64,000 nucleotides of DNA, taken from an uncultured Acidobacteriota bacterium. GTDB lineage: Bacteria > Acidobacteriota > Thermoanaerobaculia > UBA5066 > Gp7-AA6. The notes beneath the pieces were generated by a model. That model was not told the DNA's origin, did not search any database, and saw nothing but the letters and a program-made list of their open reading frames with translations. This document shows, piece by piece, positions 19,117 to 28,106 of the stretch (position 1 is its first letter; each line of letters starts with the position of its first letter). The position numbers and the translations under genes are program-made. The stretch lies in NCBI GenBank assembly GCA_963764715.1, contig CAVXTP010000021.1, positions 1 to 64,000 on the forward strand. The letters are read 5' to 3'.

Positions 19117-21831
19117 ATGGTCGGAAAAACCGTCTCGCACTACCGCGTGCTGGAACAGCTGGGCGGCGGGGGCATGGGGGTCGTGTACAAGGCTGAAGAC
19201 GAGAAACTCGGCCGCCTCGTGGCCCTCAAGTTCCTGCCCGAGGAGTTCTCGAAGGATCGGCAGGCGATGGAGCGCATGCGGCGCGAAGCCCGCTCGGCTT
19301 CCACCCTGAACCACCCTCACATCTGCACGATCTATGAGTTCGACGAGCACGAGGGACGGCCCTTCATCGCCATGGAGCTGCTCGAAGGCCAGACGCTGGG
19401 TCACCTTCTCGCCGGCGGGGCGCTCCCGACCGAGCGGCTGCTGGAGCTCGGCGTCCAGATCGCCGACGCCCTGGACGCGGCCCACTCGAAGGGGATTCTC
19501 CACCGCGACATAAAGCCGGCGAACATCTTCGTCACTGACAGGGGCCACGCGAAGATCCTGGACTTCGGACTGGCCAAGCACGTGCCGCGCGGGGAGCGCG
19601 CGCTCGCGGACGCGGCCTCCGCTCTCCCCACCGGTATCGCCGAAGAGCATCTGACGAGCCCCGGCGTCGCCCTCGGCACGGTCGCCTACATGGCTCCGGA
19701 GCAGGCACGCGGGGAGGAGCTCGACGCGCGCGCCGACCTCTTCTCTTTCGGTGCGGTGCTGTACGAGATGGCCACCTCCCGGCAGGCCTTCTCGGGCAAC
19801 ACCGCCGCGGTGATCCACGATGCCATCCTGAATCGCGACCCGGTCCCCCCGACCCGGTGGAACCCGGAGCTTACCGAGGATTTGGAGCGCGTCATCGCCA
19901 AGGCCCTCGAGAAAGACCGGGAGATGCGCTACCAGACGGCGGCGGAGCTGAGGGCTGACTTGAGGCGCATCAAACGCGACTCGGAATCCGCGGCGAGGGC
20001 GGCGATCGCCGGCGCCGAGGTACGCGCAGAAATCCCGGCGCGCCGCCGGTTCTCCCGCGCCGCGATCGCCGCGTCCGTAGCCGCAACACTCGCCCTCCTG
20101 TCGCTCGGCCTCTGGTTCCTCCGCTCACGAACAACCTCGGCGTCGGCGCGTTCCGAATGGACCCAACTGACCCACTTCACCGATGCGGTCACCTCGCCGG
20201 CCCTCTCCCCCGATGGCCGCATGCTCGCTTTCGTCCATGGCCCGGACACGTTCATAGGCCCCGGGGAGATCTACCTGAAGCTCCTGCCCAGCGGAGAGCC
20301 GGTCAAGCTGACAGACGACGGGCTCGAAAAGATGAGCCCAGTCTTTTCTCCCGATGGCTCTCGCATCGCCTACACGGCCACCCCCTGGGACACGTGGATC
20401 GTGCCGGTCCTAGGAGGGAAACCCCATTTTTGGCTGCCGAACGCTTCCGGCCTCACCTGGATTGATGGCGAGCACATCCTCTTTTCCGAGATCACTACGG
20501 GCACCCACATGGCCCTCGTCACGGCGACGGAAAGCCGCGCCGAATCTCGTAACGTTTACGTTCCTCCTCCGCCCTCGGGAATGGTTCACCGCTCCTACCT
20601 CTCGCCCGACCGAAAATGGGTGCTCGCCGTCGAGATGGACGCGACGAGCTGGCTTCCCTGCCGCCTGCTCCCGTTCGACGCGGGCTCCACGGGAAAACCG
20701 GTGGGGCCTCCCGGCGGCAGGTGCACCTTCGCCGCCTGGTCTCCCGACGGGCGCTGGATGTATCTCTCCGTGAATACCGGAGGCGGCTTCCATACCTGGC
20801 GCCAGCGCTTCCCGGACGGCGCGCCCGAACAGGTCACATTCGGGGCGACACAGGAGGAAGGCATCGCCATGGCGCCCGATGGCCGCTCTTTGGTCACCTC
20901 CGTCGGAATTGTCGAGAGCTCGGTCTGGATCCGCGACGAACGCGGTGAGCGGCAGGTGTCCACCGAAGGTTACGCCAGCTTCGGATCAGTCGGGAGTCCT
21001 CGTTCTTACTTCTCGGCCGACGGCAAGAAGGTGTACTACCTGATGCGCCGGGAGTCGGCCCAAGATTTCGACGATGGGGAGCTCTGGGCCGCGGACCTCG
21101 ACTCGGGGCGCACGGAGCGCCTCCTGCCGGGCTTCACGATGGGTTTTTTCGACATCTCGGCGGACGGCAAACGCGTCGCCTTCTCGGCGCACGATCGAGG
21201 TGGCAAGCTGCGCCTCTGGCTCGCCTCTCTCGAGCGCCGCTTTCCTCCACGGCGGATCTCATCCTCTGACGATTTGGGCGAACTCAGACCCGTCTTCGGG
21301 CCCGCCGGCGACTTGTTCTTCCGCGGTGATGACGGCCAGACCGTTCGGCCCTATCGGATGAAGGAGGACGGAAGCGGGCGGCAGAAGGTCGTGCCGGATG
21401 CCGTCGGGCCGCTCTTTAGCGTTTCGCCCGACGGGGAGTGGATCGCGGTGCGTTCTTCGAGCGAGTCGGGCGCAGATTGGGGTGGTGGGCGGCAAGCGCT
21501 CGCTTATCCGGTCCGTGGCGGCCCTCCCGTAAAGATCTGCGAAGGGTGCCGCCAGGTGAAGTGGTCGGCGGATGGGAAGTTCTTTTACTTCTCCTATATC
21601 GGGATGGGCACCTGGACGACGACCGGGAAGACCTTCGCGCTTCCGGTTCGTCCCGGCAGGGCCCTGCCCGACCTGCCGGCCTCCGGCGTGCGCTCGAAAG
21701 CAGAGGCCGCCGCCCTGCCCGGCGTTCGAGTGATCGAGCATGGGAACGTCTCGCCCGGTCGCGATCCCTCGGTCTATGCCTTCACCAATATCAGCGCCCA
21801 CCGCAACCTGTACCGCGTACCGGTGCCTTAA
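19117..21831 (+). CDS. Ser/Thr kinase - TM - TolB/PD40 beta-propeller
   Basis: GGGGMGVVY, HRDIKPAN, DFG, YMAPEQ, repeated SPDG motifs. Confidence 0.95.
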   Translation: MVGKTVSHYRVLEQLGGGGMGVVYKAEDEKLGRLVALKFLPEEFSKDRQAMERMRREARSASTLNHPHICTIYEFDEHEGRPFIAMELLEGQTLGHLLAGGALPTERLLELGVQIADALDAAHSKGILHRDIKPANIFVTDRGHAKILDFGLAKHVPRGERALADAASALPTGIAEEHLTSPGVALGTVAYMAPEQARGEELDARADLFSFGAVLYEMATSRQAFSGNTAAVIHDAILNRDPVPPTRWNPELTEDLERVIAKALEKDREMRYQTAAELRADLRRIKRDSESAARAAIAGAEVRAEIPARRRFSRAAIAASVAATLALLSLGLWFLRSRTTSASARSEWTQLTHFTDAVTSPALSPDGRMLAFVHGPDTFIGPGEIYLKLLPSGEPVKLTDDGLEKMSPVFSPDGSRIAYTATPWDTWIVPVLGGKPHFWLPNASGLTWIDGEHILFSEITTGTHMALVTATESRAESRNVYVPPPPSGMVHRSYLSPDRKWVLAVEMDATSWLPCRLLPFDAGSTGKPVGPPGGRCTFAAWSPDGRWMYLSVNTGGGFHTWRQRFPDGAPEQVTFGATQEEGIAMAPDGRSLVTSVGIVESSVWIRDERGERQVSTEGYASFGSVGSPRSYFSADGKKVYYLMRRESAQDFDDGELWAADLDSGRTERLLPGFTMGFFDISADGKRVAFSAHDRGGKLRLWLASLERRFPPRRISSSDDLGELRPVFGPAGDLFFRGDDGQTVRPYRMKEDGSGRQKVVPDAVGPLFSVSPDGEWIAVRSSSESGADWGGGRQALAYPVRGGPPVKICEGCRQVKWSADGKFFYFSYIGMGTWTTTGKTFALPVRPGRALPDLPASGVRSKAEAAALPGVRVIEHGNVSPGRDPSVYAFTNISAHRNLYRVPVP

Positions 21832-21931
21832 CGCGGCGTGTTCACCGAAGCGGCGATGGGGGGCCGCTCCGATAAACGGGCGGCCTAACATGCGGCGGCG
21901 TCGTCCTCGATCAATTTTCGAGAGACACCAA

Positions 21932-22007
21932 GGCTGGCTCTACCTCCAGCACCAGACCCGGTGCGCAAGAACCCGGGTTCCAGAAGCTCGTCGCGGGCGG
22001 GAGGTAA
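21932..22007 (+). pseudogene. 3' relic of a kinase gene related to 16067..18724
   Basis: GGCTGGCTC...GACCCGGTGCGCAAGAACCCGGGTTCCAGAAGCTCGTCGCGGGCGGGAGGTAA aligns with the last ~80 nt of kinase 1 (GWL...DPLRKNPRFEKVVAGGK*). Confidence 0.85.
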
Positions 22008-22013
22008 CCCGGC

Positions 22014-22094
22014 TTACGGAGCGGCGCGAAGCCCCACAAACTCCCGCAGCCAGCCCCCGAAAAGGTTCCAACTGGGAACTAGATGGGGAGCCAA
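22014..22094. repeat. att-like repeat, copy 2
   Basis: Same arm and TGGGGAGCCA core. The antisense strand reads (L/M)APHLVPSWNLFGGWLREFVGLRAAP*. Confidence 0.9.
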
Positions 22095-22383
22095 TTCCCC
22101 CCGACCCCACCGCGCGCGGAGTCCCGGGTATGTCGCGGTCCAACGAGTACGAGGCCATGACCTGCCGGAGCGGCGGGAGCCGTTGACCCGCGGGCCGGAG
22201 TCGGTCCTTCGGGTGCGGGTCATGTGGCAGTGACCGTCGTCCTGTGATTCAGTCTCATCAGGCTGCAGTTTCGGAACTGGCCGATCGTGTGGCACTTGGA
22301 GGCTCCCATGCGTCTCGGATCGGGAGCGCGCTCAACCTCGGAGGCCGCATGACCCTCGCGGAACTTGTCTGAACCCGCGCCAG

Positions 22384-25300
22384 GTGATCGGCCGTCTGCT
22401 CAGCCGCAGGGCGCTTCTCGCCGTCGGCGCCGTCCTCGCCGTGTGGGCCGTGGCCGGGTTCCTCGTGCTCCCTCACTTCCTCCGCCCGGTCGTCGAACGG
22501 AAGATCGCGGAACGACTTCACCGTCCCGCGACGCTGCGCCGACTCTCGCTGAACCCATTTGCGATGTCCGTCACGCTCGAAGGTCTCGACGTGAAGAACA
22601 AAGGAGGGGAAGGTCCCTTCTTCTCGGTCGAGCGCCTCTACGCGAACCTCGAGGCGGCCTCGATCTTTCGCGGCGGTCCCGTAGTCCGAGCGCTCACGCT
22701 GACGAAGCCGTCCGTCACGATCGTGCGGAACGAGGACAGGACGTACAGCGTCCAGGACCTTCTCGACGAAGCGTTGAAACCGAAACCCGTTCAGAGGCCG
22801 GAGAAAGCGGAGACGCCGCTGCGCTTCTCGGTGAACAACATCCGCGTCGAAGACGGGAGCGTGGACTTCGACGACCGCCCGGAGCGGACGAAACACACCG
22901 TCCGGGACCTGAAGATCGGCATCCCGTTCCTCTCGAACATCCCTTCGAAGGTCGAGATTACGACCCAGCCCGTTTTCGAAGCCAGAGTGAACGGCACGCC
23001 CTTCTCGCTGCACGGAACGACCAGGCCCTTCAGCGAGACGCGCGAGACAACCGTGGAGATCGATCTCTCGGACATGGACCTTCCACATTACTTCGCGTAT
23101 GCGCCGCCCTCGATCCCCTGGAAGCTCGCCTCCGGCCGGCTGGACGCGAAGATCCGGGTCGTCTTCACGCAGCCGCCGCGCGGCAGTCCCGCTCTCGTCC
23201 TTTCGGGCACGGCGGCCTTGCGGAGCTTCGCCGCGAAGAGCGGCGACAGGCCGCTACTCGCCTGGGACCGTTTCGAGGCCGTCGTCAACTCGGTGAACGT
23301 TTTCCAACGCAAGGTTCGGATCAGCAGCCTGAAGGCGGTCGCACCCGAGGTCTGGATTCGGCGCGAGGCGAGAGGCGAACACCGGCTCGCGGCGGCCTTC
23401 ATCGCACCGGCCACCGGGGGCGCGAAGAAGGGGGACGCGGTAGCCCCGAAGGGTCCCGCGGCCGGTCCCGTGCTCCTCGTCGAGATCGCGGAGATAGAAG
23501 TCGCTCGCGGCAAGATCCACTACGACGACACCGCCTTCGCCCGGCCGTTCCATGCTCTCATCGACGGTGTCGAGGCTTCCGTCAGGGGATTCTCGACGGC
23601 TCCGGGCCAGGTGGCCTCGCTCGAGGCGTCGGCGAAGACCGACGCCGGCGAGACCCTGAAGGATGCGGGCACGGTTTCGATGGAGCCGTTCGTTCTCGAA
23701 GGCACGTTCGAGATCGCCGGCCTTCCTCTGAAGCGCTACGCCCCGTTCTACGAGAGCCTCGTGACCTTCGACGTCGACGACGGCACTCTGGACGTGGGGA
23801 CGAGATACCGTTTCTCCACGGGGCCCGACGCCAACACGACCCTGTCGGCGCTCTCGGCTACCCTCCGATCCCCTCGGCTGAGGAGGAAAGACGCGAAGGA
23901 GCCCTTCTTCAAGGCGCCCTTCGTGAAGATGACGGGGTCCTCCCTCGACCTCGCAAAGCACGACCTCGCGCTCGGAGACATCTCGAGCGACGGAGGTCTC
24001 CTCGCGGTCGTGAGGGGAAAGGACGGCAACGCCGACCTCGCCGAGCTTATGGCCCGTCCGTCTCCCGATGCCCGTCCGGTGCCGCCGTCGGCGCCGTGGA
24101 ACGTAGCCCTGGGAAGGCTCGCGCTCGACGGATACACGGTCCGCATCGAGGATCACGCAACAGGTCGGCTCGCGCGCTACGCGCTGACGAAGACGGGCCT
24201 TTCCCTCGAGAACTTCTCGACGGCACCCGATGCGAAGGGGGCGCTGTCGGTGAGATTTGGCATCAACGGCCGGGGAACGGCTTCGGCGAAGGGCCCCGTT
24301 GGAATCCACCCGACCTACGCCGAGCTCGACGCCGAGGTCAAGAGCCTCGACCTGGTTCCCCTCGAGCCTTACGTTCTGTCGAACTTCAAGCTGTCGCTCG
24401 CCTCGGCAAAGTTGTCCGCGCGGGGCGTCCTGTCGCTTCGCGAGGGCGCGGAGGGCAAGGCGAGCGTCGGCTTCGCCGGAAGGGCGGCCGTCCAGAATCT
24501 GCTGGCCCTGGACGAGTCCACGAAGCTGGACTTCTTCAAGTGGGACGCCTTCGATCTCCAGGGGATGAAGGCGGGCTACAACCCGACCTTTCTTCAGGCG
24601 GCAAAGCTCGCCATCACGGGCCTGGCGTGCGACGTCGTGATCGGGGCGGACGGCACGGTGAACCTCCGCAGGGTCGTGGGCAAGCCCGCGCCCCCCGAGG
24701 GGGAAGAGGAGGAGGCGGCCGAGCCGACGGCGGCCGCGGGAGCTCCACCGCCGGCGGCCGCACCGGCGCCCCCCGCTCCGGAGACCAACGAAAAGGTGCC
24801 GATCCGCATCGACACGCTCACCCTCGAGGGCGGCCGGATCGGCCTCGCCGACCACTTCATCAAGCCGAACTACGCCGCGACGCTCATGGATCTCCGAGGC
24901 AGCGTGACCGGCCTCTCCACCGAGGAGGGCACGGTCGCGCAGCTCGACCTGAGCGGCCGTCTCGCTAGGAACTCGCCGCTTCGGATCGCCGGCCGGGTCA
25001 ACCCTCTTGCGGCGACGGCCTTCGCCGACGTCACGGCGAGCTTTCGAGACATCGACCTGCCGCCGTTCACCCCGTACTCCGGCAAGTACGCCGGATACGC
25101 GATCGCTCGCGGCACGCTCACGATGGAGCTCAAGTACAAGCTCGAGAACCGCAAGCTCACGGCCGAGAACAGGCTCCTCGTCGACCAGTTCGAGTTCGGG
25201 GAAAAGGTCGAAAGCAAGGACGCGACGAAGCTGCCGGTCAGGCTCGCCGTCTCGCTCCTGAGGGACAAGGACGGCCTGATCGATCTCGACCTGCCCATCG

Positions 25301-25995
25301 AGGGATCGCTGGACGACCCGAAGTTCCGCCTCGGAAAGCTCATCTGGCACGTCATCGGAAACCTGATCGGAAAGGCGGCCACCGCGCCCTTCGCGCTCCT
25401 CGGAAAGGCCCTGGGCGGCGGCAAAGGGGAGGAGTTCTCGTCCGTCGACTTCGCCGCCGGACACGACGCGCTCGACGACGCCGCCCGGAAGAAACTCGAC
25501 GCGCTCGCAAAGGCCTTGAACGACCGGCCCGCCCTGAAGTTGAAGGCGACCGGCCGCTTTTCCGGCGAAGAGGACCTGGAAGGGCTGCGGCGCCTGCGTC
25601 TCGAGCGGAAGGTCAAGGCGCAAAAGCTGGCCGACCTCGTCGACCGGGGCGAGGCGCCGGCCAGCGTGGACGCCGTCGTCATCGACGAGAAGGAATACCC
25701 GACGTACCTGAAAAAGGCCTACAAGAAGGAAAAGTTCAAGAAGCCCGGCGGCTTCCTGGGAATCGCGAAGGACATTCCGGCGCCCGAGATGGAGAGCCTC
25801 ATGCTCGCCAATCTGACTCCGACGACGGACGACCTGCGGCAGCTCGCCCTGGCCCGGGCGAATGCCGTGAAGGATTACCTCCTGGGGCCCGGAAAGGTCG
25901 AAGCGGCGCGCGTCTTCGTGATCGAGCCGGGAAGCAAGCCCTCCACCCCCGAAGGAAAGGCGAGCGCCAGCCGCGTCGACTTCGCGCTCGAATAG
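22384..25995 (+). CDS. DUF748 (AsmA-like) protein with C-terminal OmpA-like region
   Basis: N-terminal TM, LSLNPF, repeated beta-rich units, DLPPFTPYSGKYAGY, LDLPIEGSLDDPKF, LALARANAVKDYL. Confidence 0.9.
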   Translation: MIGRLLSRRALLAVGAVLAVWAVAGFLVLPHFLRPVVERKIAERLHRPATLRRLSLNPFAMSVTLEGLDVKNKGGEGPFFSVERLYANLEAASIFRGGPVVRALTLTKPSVTIVRNEDRTYSVQDLLDEALKPKPVQRPEKAETPLRFSVNNIRVEDGSVDFDDRPERTKHTVRDLKIGIPFLSNIPSKVEITTQPVFEARVNGTPFSLHGTTRPFSETRETTVEIDLSDMDLPHYFAYAPPSIPWKLASGRLDAKIRVVFTQPPRGSPALVLSGTAALRSFAAKSGDRPLLAWDRFEAVVNSVNVFQRKVRISSLKAVAPEVWIRREARGEHRLAAAFIAPATGGAKKGDAVAPKGPAAGPVLLVEIAEIEVARGKIHYDDTAFARPFHALIDGVEASVRGFSTAPGQVASLEASAKTDAGETLKDAGTVSMEPFVLEGTFEIAGLPLKRYAPFYESLVTFDVDDGTLDVGTRYRFSTGPDANTTLSALSATLRSPRLRRKDAKEPFFKAPFVKMTGSSLDLAKHDLALGDISSDGGLLAVVRGKDGNADLAELMARPSPDARPVPPSAPWNVALGRLALDGYTVRIEDHATGRLARYALTKTGLSLENFSTAPDAKGALSVRFGINGRGTASAKGPVGIHPTYAELDAEVKSLDLVPLEPYVLSNFKLSLASAKLSARGVLSLREGAEGKASVGFAGRAAVQNLLALDESTKLDFFKWDAFDLQGMKAGYNPTFLQAAKLAITGLACDVVIGADGTVNLRRVVGKPAPPEGEEEEAAEPTAAAGAPPPAAAPAPPAPETNEKVPIRIDTLTLEGGRIGLADHFIKPNYAATLMDLRGSVTGLSTEEGTVAQLDLSGRLARNSPLRIAGRVNPLAATAFADVTASFRDIDLPPFTPYSGKYAGYAIARGTLTMELKYKLENRKLTAENRLLVDQFEFGEKVESKDATKLPVRLAVSLLRDKDGLIDLDLPIEGSLDDPKFRLGKLIWHVIGNLIGKAATAPFALLGKALGGGKGEEFSSVDFAAGHDALDDAARKKLDALAKALNDRPALKLKATGRFSGEEDLEGLRRLRLERKVKAQKLADLVDRGEAPASVDAVVIDEKEYPTYLKKAYKKEKFKKPGGFLGIAKDIPAPEMESLMLANLTPTTDDLRQLALARANAVKDYLLGPGKVEAARVFVIEPGSKPSTPEGKASASRVDFALE

Positions 25996-26000
25996 CTCCG

Positions 26001-26028
26001 AGGTTCCAGAATCTCAATGGGGAGCCAA
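26001..26028. repeat. att-like repeat, copy 3 (decayed)
   Basis: AGGTTCCA-GAATCTCA-ATGGGGAGCCAAT has the same flanking blocks as copies 1 and 2 with 4 nt fewer between them, 5 nt after the DUF748 stop. Confidence 0.65.
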
Positions 26029-26054
26029 TGCTTCTCCGGCATTCGCTCCGCCTT

Positions 26055-26861
26055 CTAGGCCACCGCCACCTGAGTCATCTGCTTCAGCATCTCCTCGAGG
26101 CCGGCCTGGTCCGGTCCGACGAAGGGCCGCGCCGCGGGGGCGGCCGAGAGCGACTCCAGCACCCGGTCGGTCATGCGTCCCGGAGCCGCCGGCAGATGGC
26201 TGCTCAGGATCATCTTCGGGTCCATCCGTCGAATTCCGTCGAGCTCCTTCGCGAGCGCCCCCCGATCCACCTTGTGCAGCCACGGCGCGTCGAGCGTCGC
26301 CCAGAAGAGCTGCCCCTCCCGGAGATCCTCGTCCGAGAGCTCGGCGGCGTTCTGCGGGGGCGGCGAGGAGAAGAGCGCTCCGAAGCAGTCGGAGGTGAAG
26401 AGGACTCCCGACTTTTCGTCGTAGAAGCCCGTCGTGGAGGGGTTGTCGTACGCGGGAGGCTTGACCGCGGTGAACGTTCGGTCGCCCACGGTGATCTTCT
26501 GACCCGGATTGACGAGATAGACCCGGTCCAGCGGCAGCGGGGCGGACAGGCTCATGATGCCGACGCCGAGAAACGTCGTGATCACGCGGATCCGGGGGTT
26601 TTCGGCGAGCAGGGCGTGCAGGCTGCCGATGTGGTCGAGGTCGGTATGGGTGAGCCAGATCCACCGGAGGTCGGCCGGATCGATGACCGACCGCAGCGCC
26701 CTCATGAAGTCCGGGCTCTCCACCACGGTCCCCGTGTCGACGAGGACGGGCTCGGAGCCCTTGATGACGAACGCATTGATCGGCACCTGGCCGTAGCCCG
26801 GGATCGGGAAGTTCGACGTGAGGACCTCGATGTCCGACGCGGCCTCGTAGGAATGGACCAT
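26055..26861 (-). CDS. MBL-fold metallo-hydrolase (flavodiiron N-domain-like)
   Basis: VLVDTG, THTDLDHIG, LFTSDCFG, SSH. Confidence 0.88.
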   Translation of the reverse strand: MVHSYEAASDIEVLTSNFPIPGYGQVPINAFVIKGSEPVLVDTGTVVESPDFMRALRSVIDPADLRWIWLTHTDLDHIGSLHALLAENPRIRVITTFLGVGIMSLSAPLPLDRVYLVNPGQKITVGDRTFTAVKPPAYDNPSTTGFYDEKSGVLFTSDCFGALFSSPPPQNAAELSDEDLREGQLFWATLDAPWLHKVDRGALAKELDGIRRMDPKMILSSHLPAAPGRMTDRVLESLSAAPAARPFVGPDQAGLEEMLKQMTQVAVA

Positions 26862-26922
26862 GGCGCCTCCCCTCCGTTGAGCGGTCCGTCAGGACCGGTT
26901 TTTCGTTCCGTGGACATCCCGG

Positions 26923-26953
26923 ATGTGTAACGAGGGGCGCTGCCGTTACACAT
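26923..26953. promoter_or_regulatory. Inverted repeat in the divergent MBL/ECF intergenic region
   Basis: ATGTGTAACG-N11-CGTTACACAT, a perfect 10-bp inverted repeat. Confidence 0.6.
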
Positions 26954-26967
26954 AAGATTGTGCGTGG

Positions 26968-27513
26968 ATGGAAGTGGAACTTGGCGATGCCGAGCTGGCG
27001 CTTCGAATCGGCTCCGGCACCGACCGCGAGGCCGAGGCCGAGCTCTTCCGCCGGATGGCTCCGCGCATTCGGCTCTACGGTTTGCGTCACTTGAGAGACC
27101 CGAACGCCTCGGACGACCTGACCCAGCAGGTCATCCTGACGATGCTGGAGGCCCTGCGGGCGGGCCGCCTGCGGGAGCCGGAGAAGCTGGCCTCCTTCGT
27201 GCTGGGCACCTGCCGGATGACGGTGCTCGAGCTGCGCCGGGGCGCGCAGCGGAAACAACGCCTCCTCGAACAGTTCGGGGCCGATCTCCCGGCATCGGCG
27301 CCGTCGTCCGCGCCGCACCTCGACCGGGAAAAGCTCGCCCGCTGCGTTCAGGGCCTCAAGGAACGTGAGCGCACGGTCGTCGTGATGACCTTCTACGGCG
27401 AGCAGCGCGGCGCGGACGTGGCCGGCTTCCTGGGTGTTTCCGAATCCAACGTCCGGGTGATTCGCCACCGGGCCATCGCCCGGCTGCGCGAATGCATGGA
27501 GTTGGCGGCATGA
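26968..27513 (+). CDS. ECF sigma factor
   Basis: Region 2 (DDLTQQV) and region 4 HTH (ADVAGFLGVSESNVRVIRHRAIARLR). Confidence 0.93.
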   Translation: MEVELGDAELALRIGSGTDREAEAELFRRMAPRIRLYGLRHLRDPNASDDLTQQVILTMLEALRAGRLREPEKLASFVLGTCRMTVLELRRGAQRKQRLLEQFGADLPASAPSSAPHLDREKLARCVQGLKERERTVVVMTFYGEQRGADVAGFLGVSESNVRVIRHRAIARLRECMELAA

Positions 27514-28076
27514 GCTGCGCGAGCCCCATCGACGCGGCCGCCCTGGCCGACTACTGGCTCGCGGCTCTGCCGGGCCCCGAAGAGGAAGCCGTCGAAGAGC
27601 ATCTGCTGGGCTGCGACCGGTGCGGCGAACGGCTGCGCGAGGTGATCGCCCTCGCCGAAGGCGTCCGCGAGCTGGCGCGCGGGGGCTCGCTGAGCATGGT
27701 GGTCAGCGACGCCTACCTCCGGCGTGCGGCGGAGGACGGCCTGCGGATCCGGGAATATGCCCCGCCCCGGGGAGGCAGCGTCCAGTGCACCGTGACCGCC
27801 GAAGACGACCTTCTCATCGGACGGCTGGCCGCCGACGTGAGCGGGGCGAACCGGGTCGATCTCTGCTTCTGCGACGAGCGCGGCGTCGAGCGGTCCCGGA
27901 TGAGGGACATCCCGGTGCATGCGGCGGCGGAGAGCATCGCCTACCAGGAGTCCATCGCCGCCATGAAGGCCGCGCCGACGAACACGATGATCGCGCGTCT
28001 CGTCGCGGTCGACACGACGGGCGGCGAACGCCTGCTGGGCGAGTACACGTTCCATCACACGCGCACGCTGCCCTGA
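27510..28076 (+). CDS. Soluble zinc-finger (zf-HC2) anti-sigma factor
   Basis: HLLGCDRC (HxxxCxxC), ATGA overlap with the sigma gene, no TM helix. Confidence 0.85.
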   Translation: MSCASPIDAAALADYWLAALPGPEEEAVEEHLLGCDRCGERLREVIALAEGVRELARGGSLSMVVSDAYLRRAAEDGLRIREYAPPRGGSVQCTVTAEDDLLIGRLAADVSGANRVDLCFCDERGVERSRMRDIPVHAAAESIAYQESIAAMKAAPTNTMIARLVAVDTTGGERLLGEYTFHHTRTLP

Positions 28077-28106
28077 CGGGCGCGACCGACCGGAGAGGCC
28101 CGGCCG

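Larger units (their letters stand above)
16012..26027. mobile_element. Putative tandem array of three recombinase-less cassettes integrated at the tRNA-Asn 3' end
   Basis: The tRNA 3' core GGAGCCA recurs at 18805-18811, 22087-22093 and 26021-26027, preceded by a conserved arm (decayed in the third copy). Each unit carries one intact gene. Confidence 0.65.

Noticed and set aside
21860-21900. GCCTAAC after kinase 2 as an integron attC
   Set aside because: I could see no matching GTTRRRY end or attC-type stem, and there is no intI.
22290-22305. TGGCAC upstream of DUF748 as a sigma54 promoter
   Set aside because: The GG-to-GC spacing is off by one.
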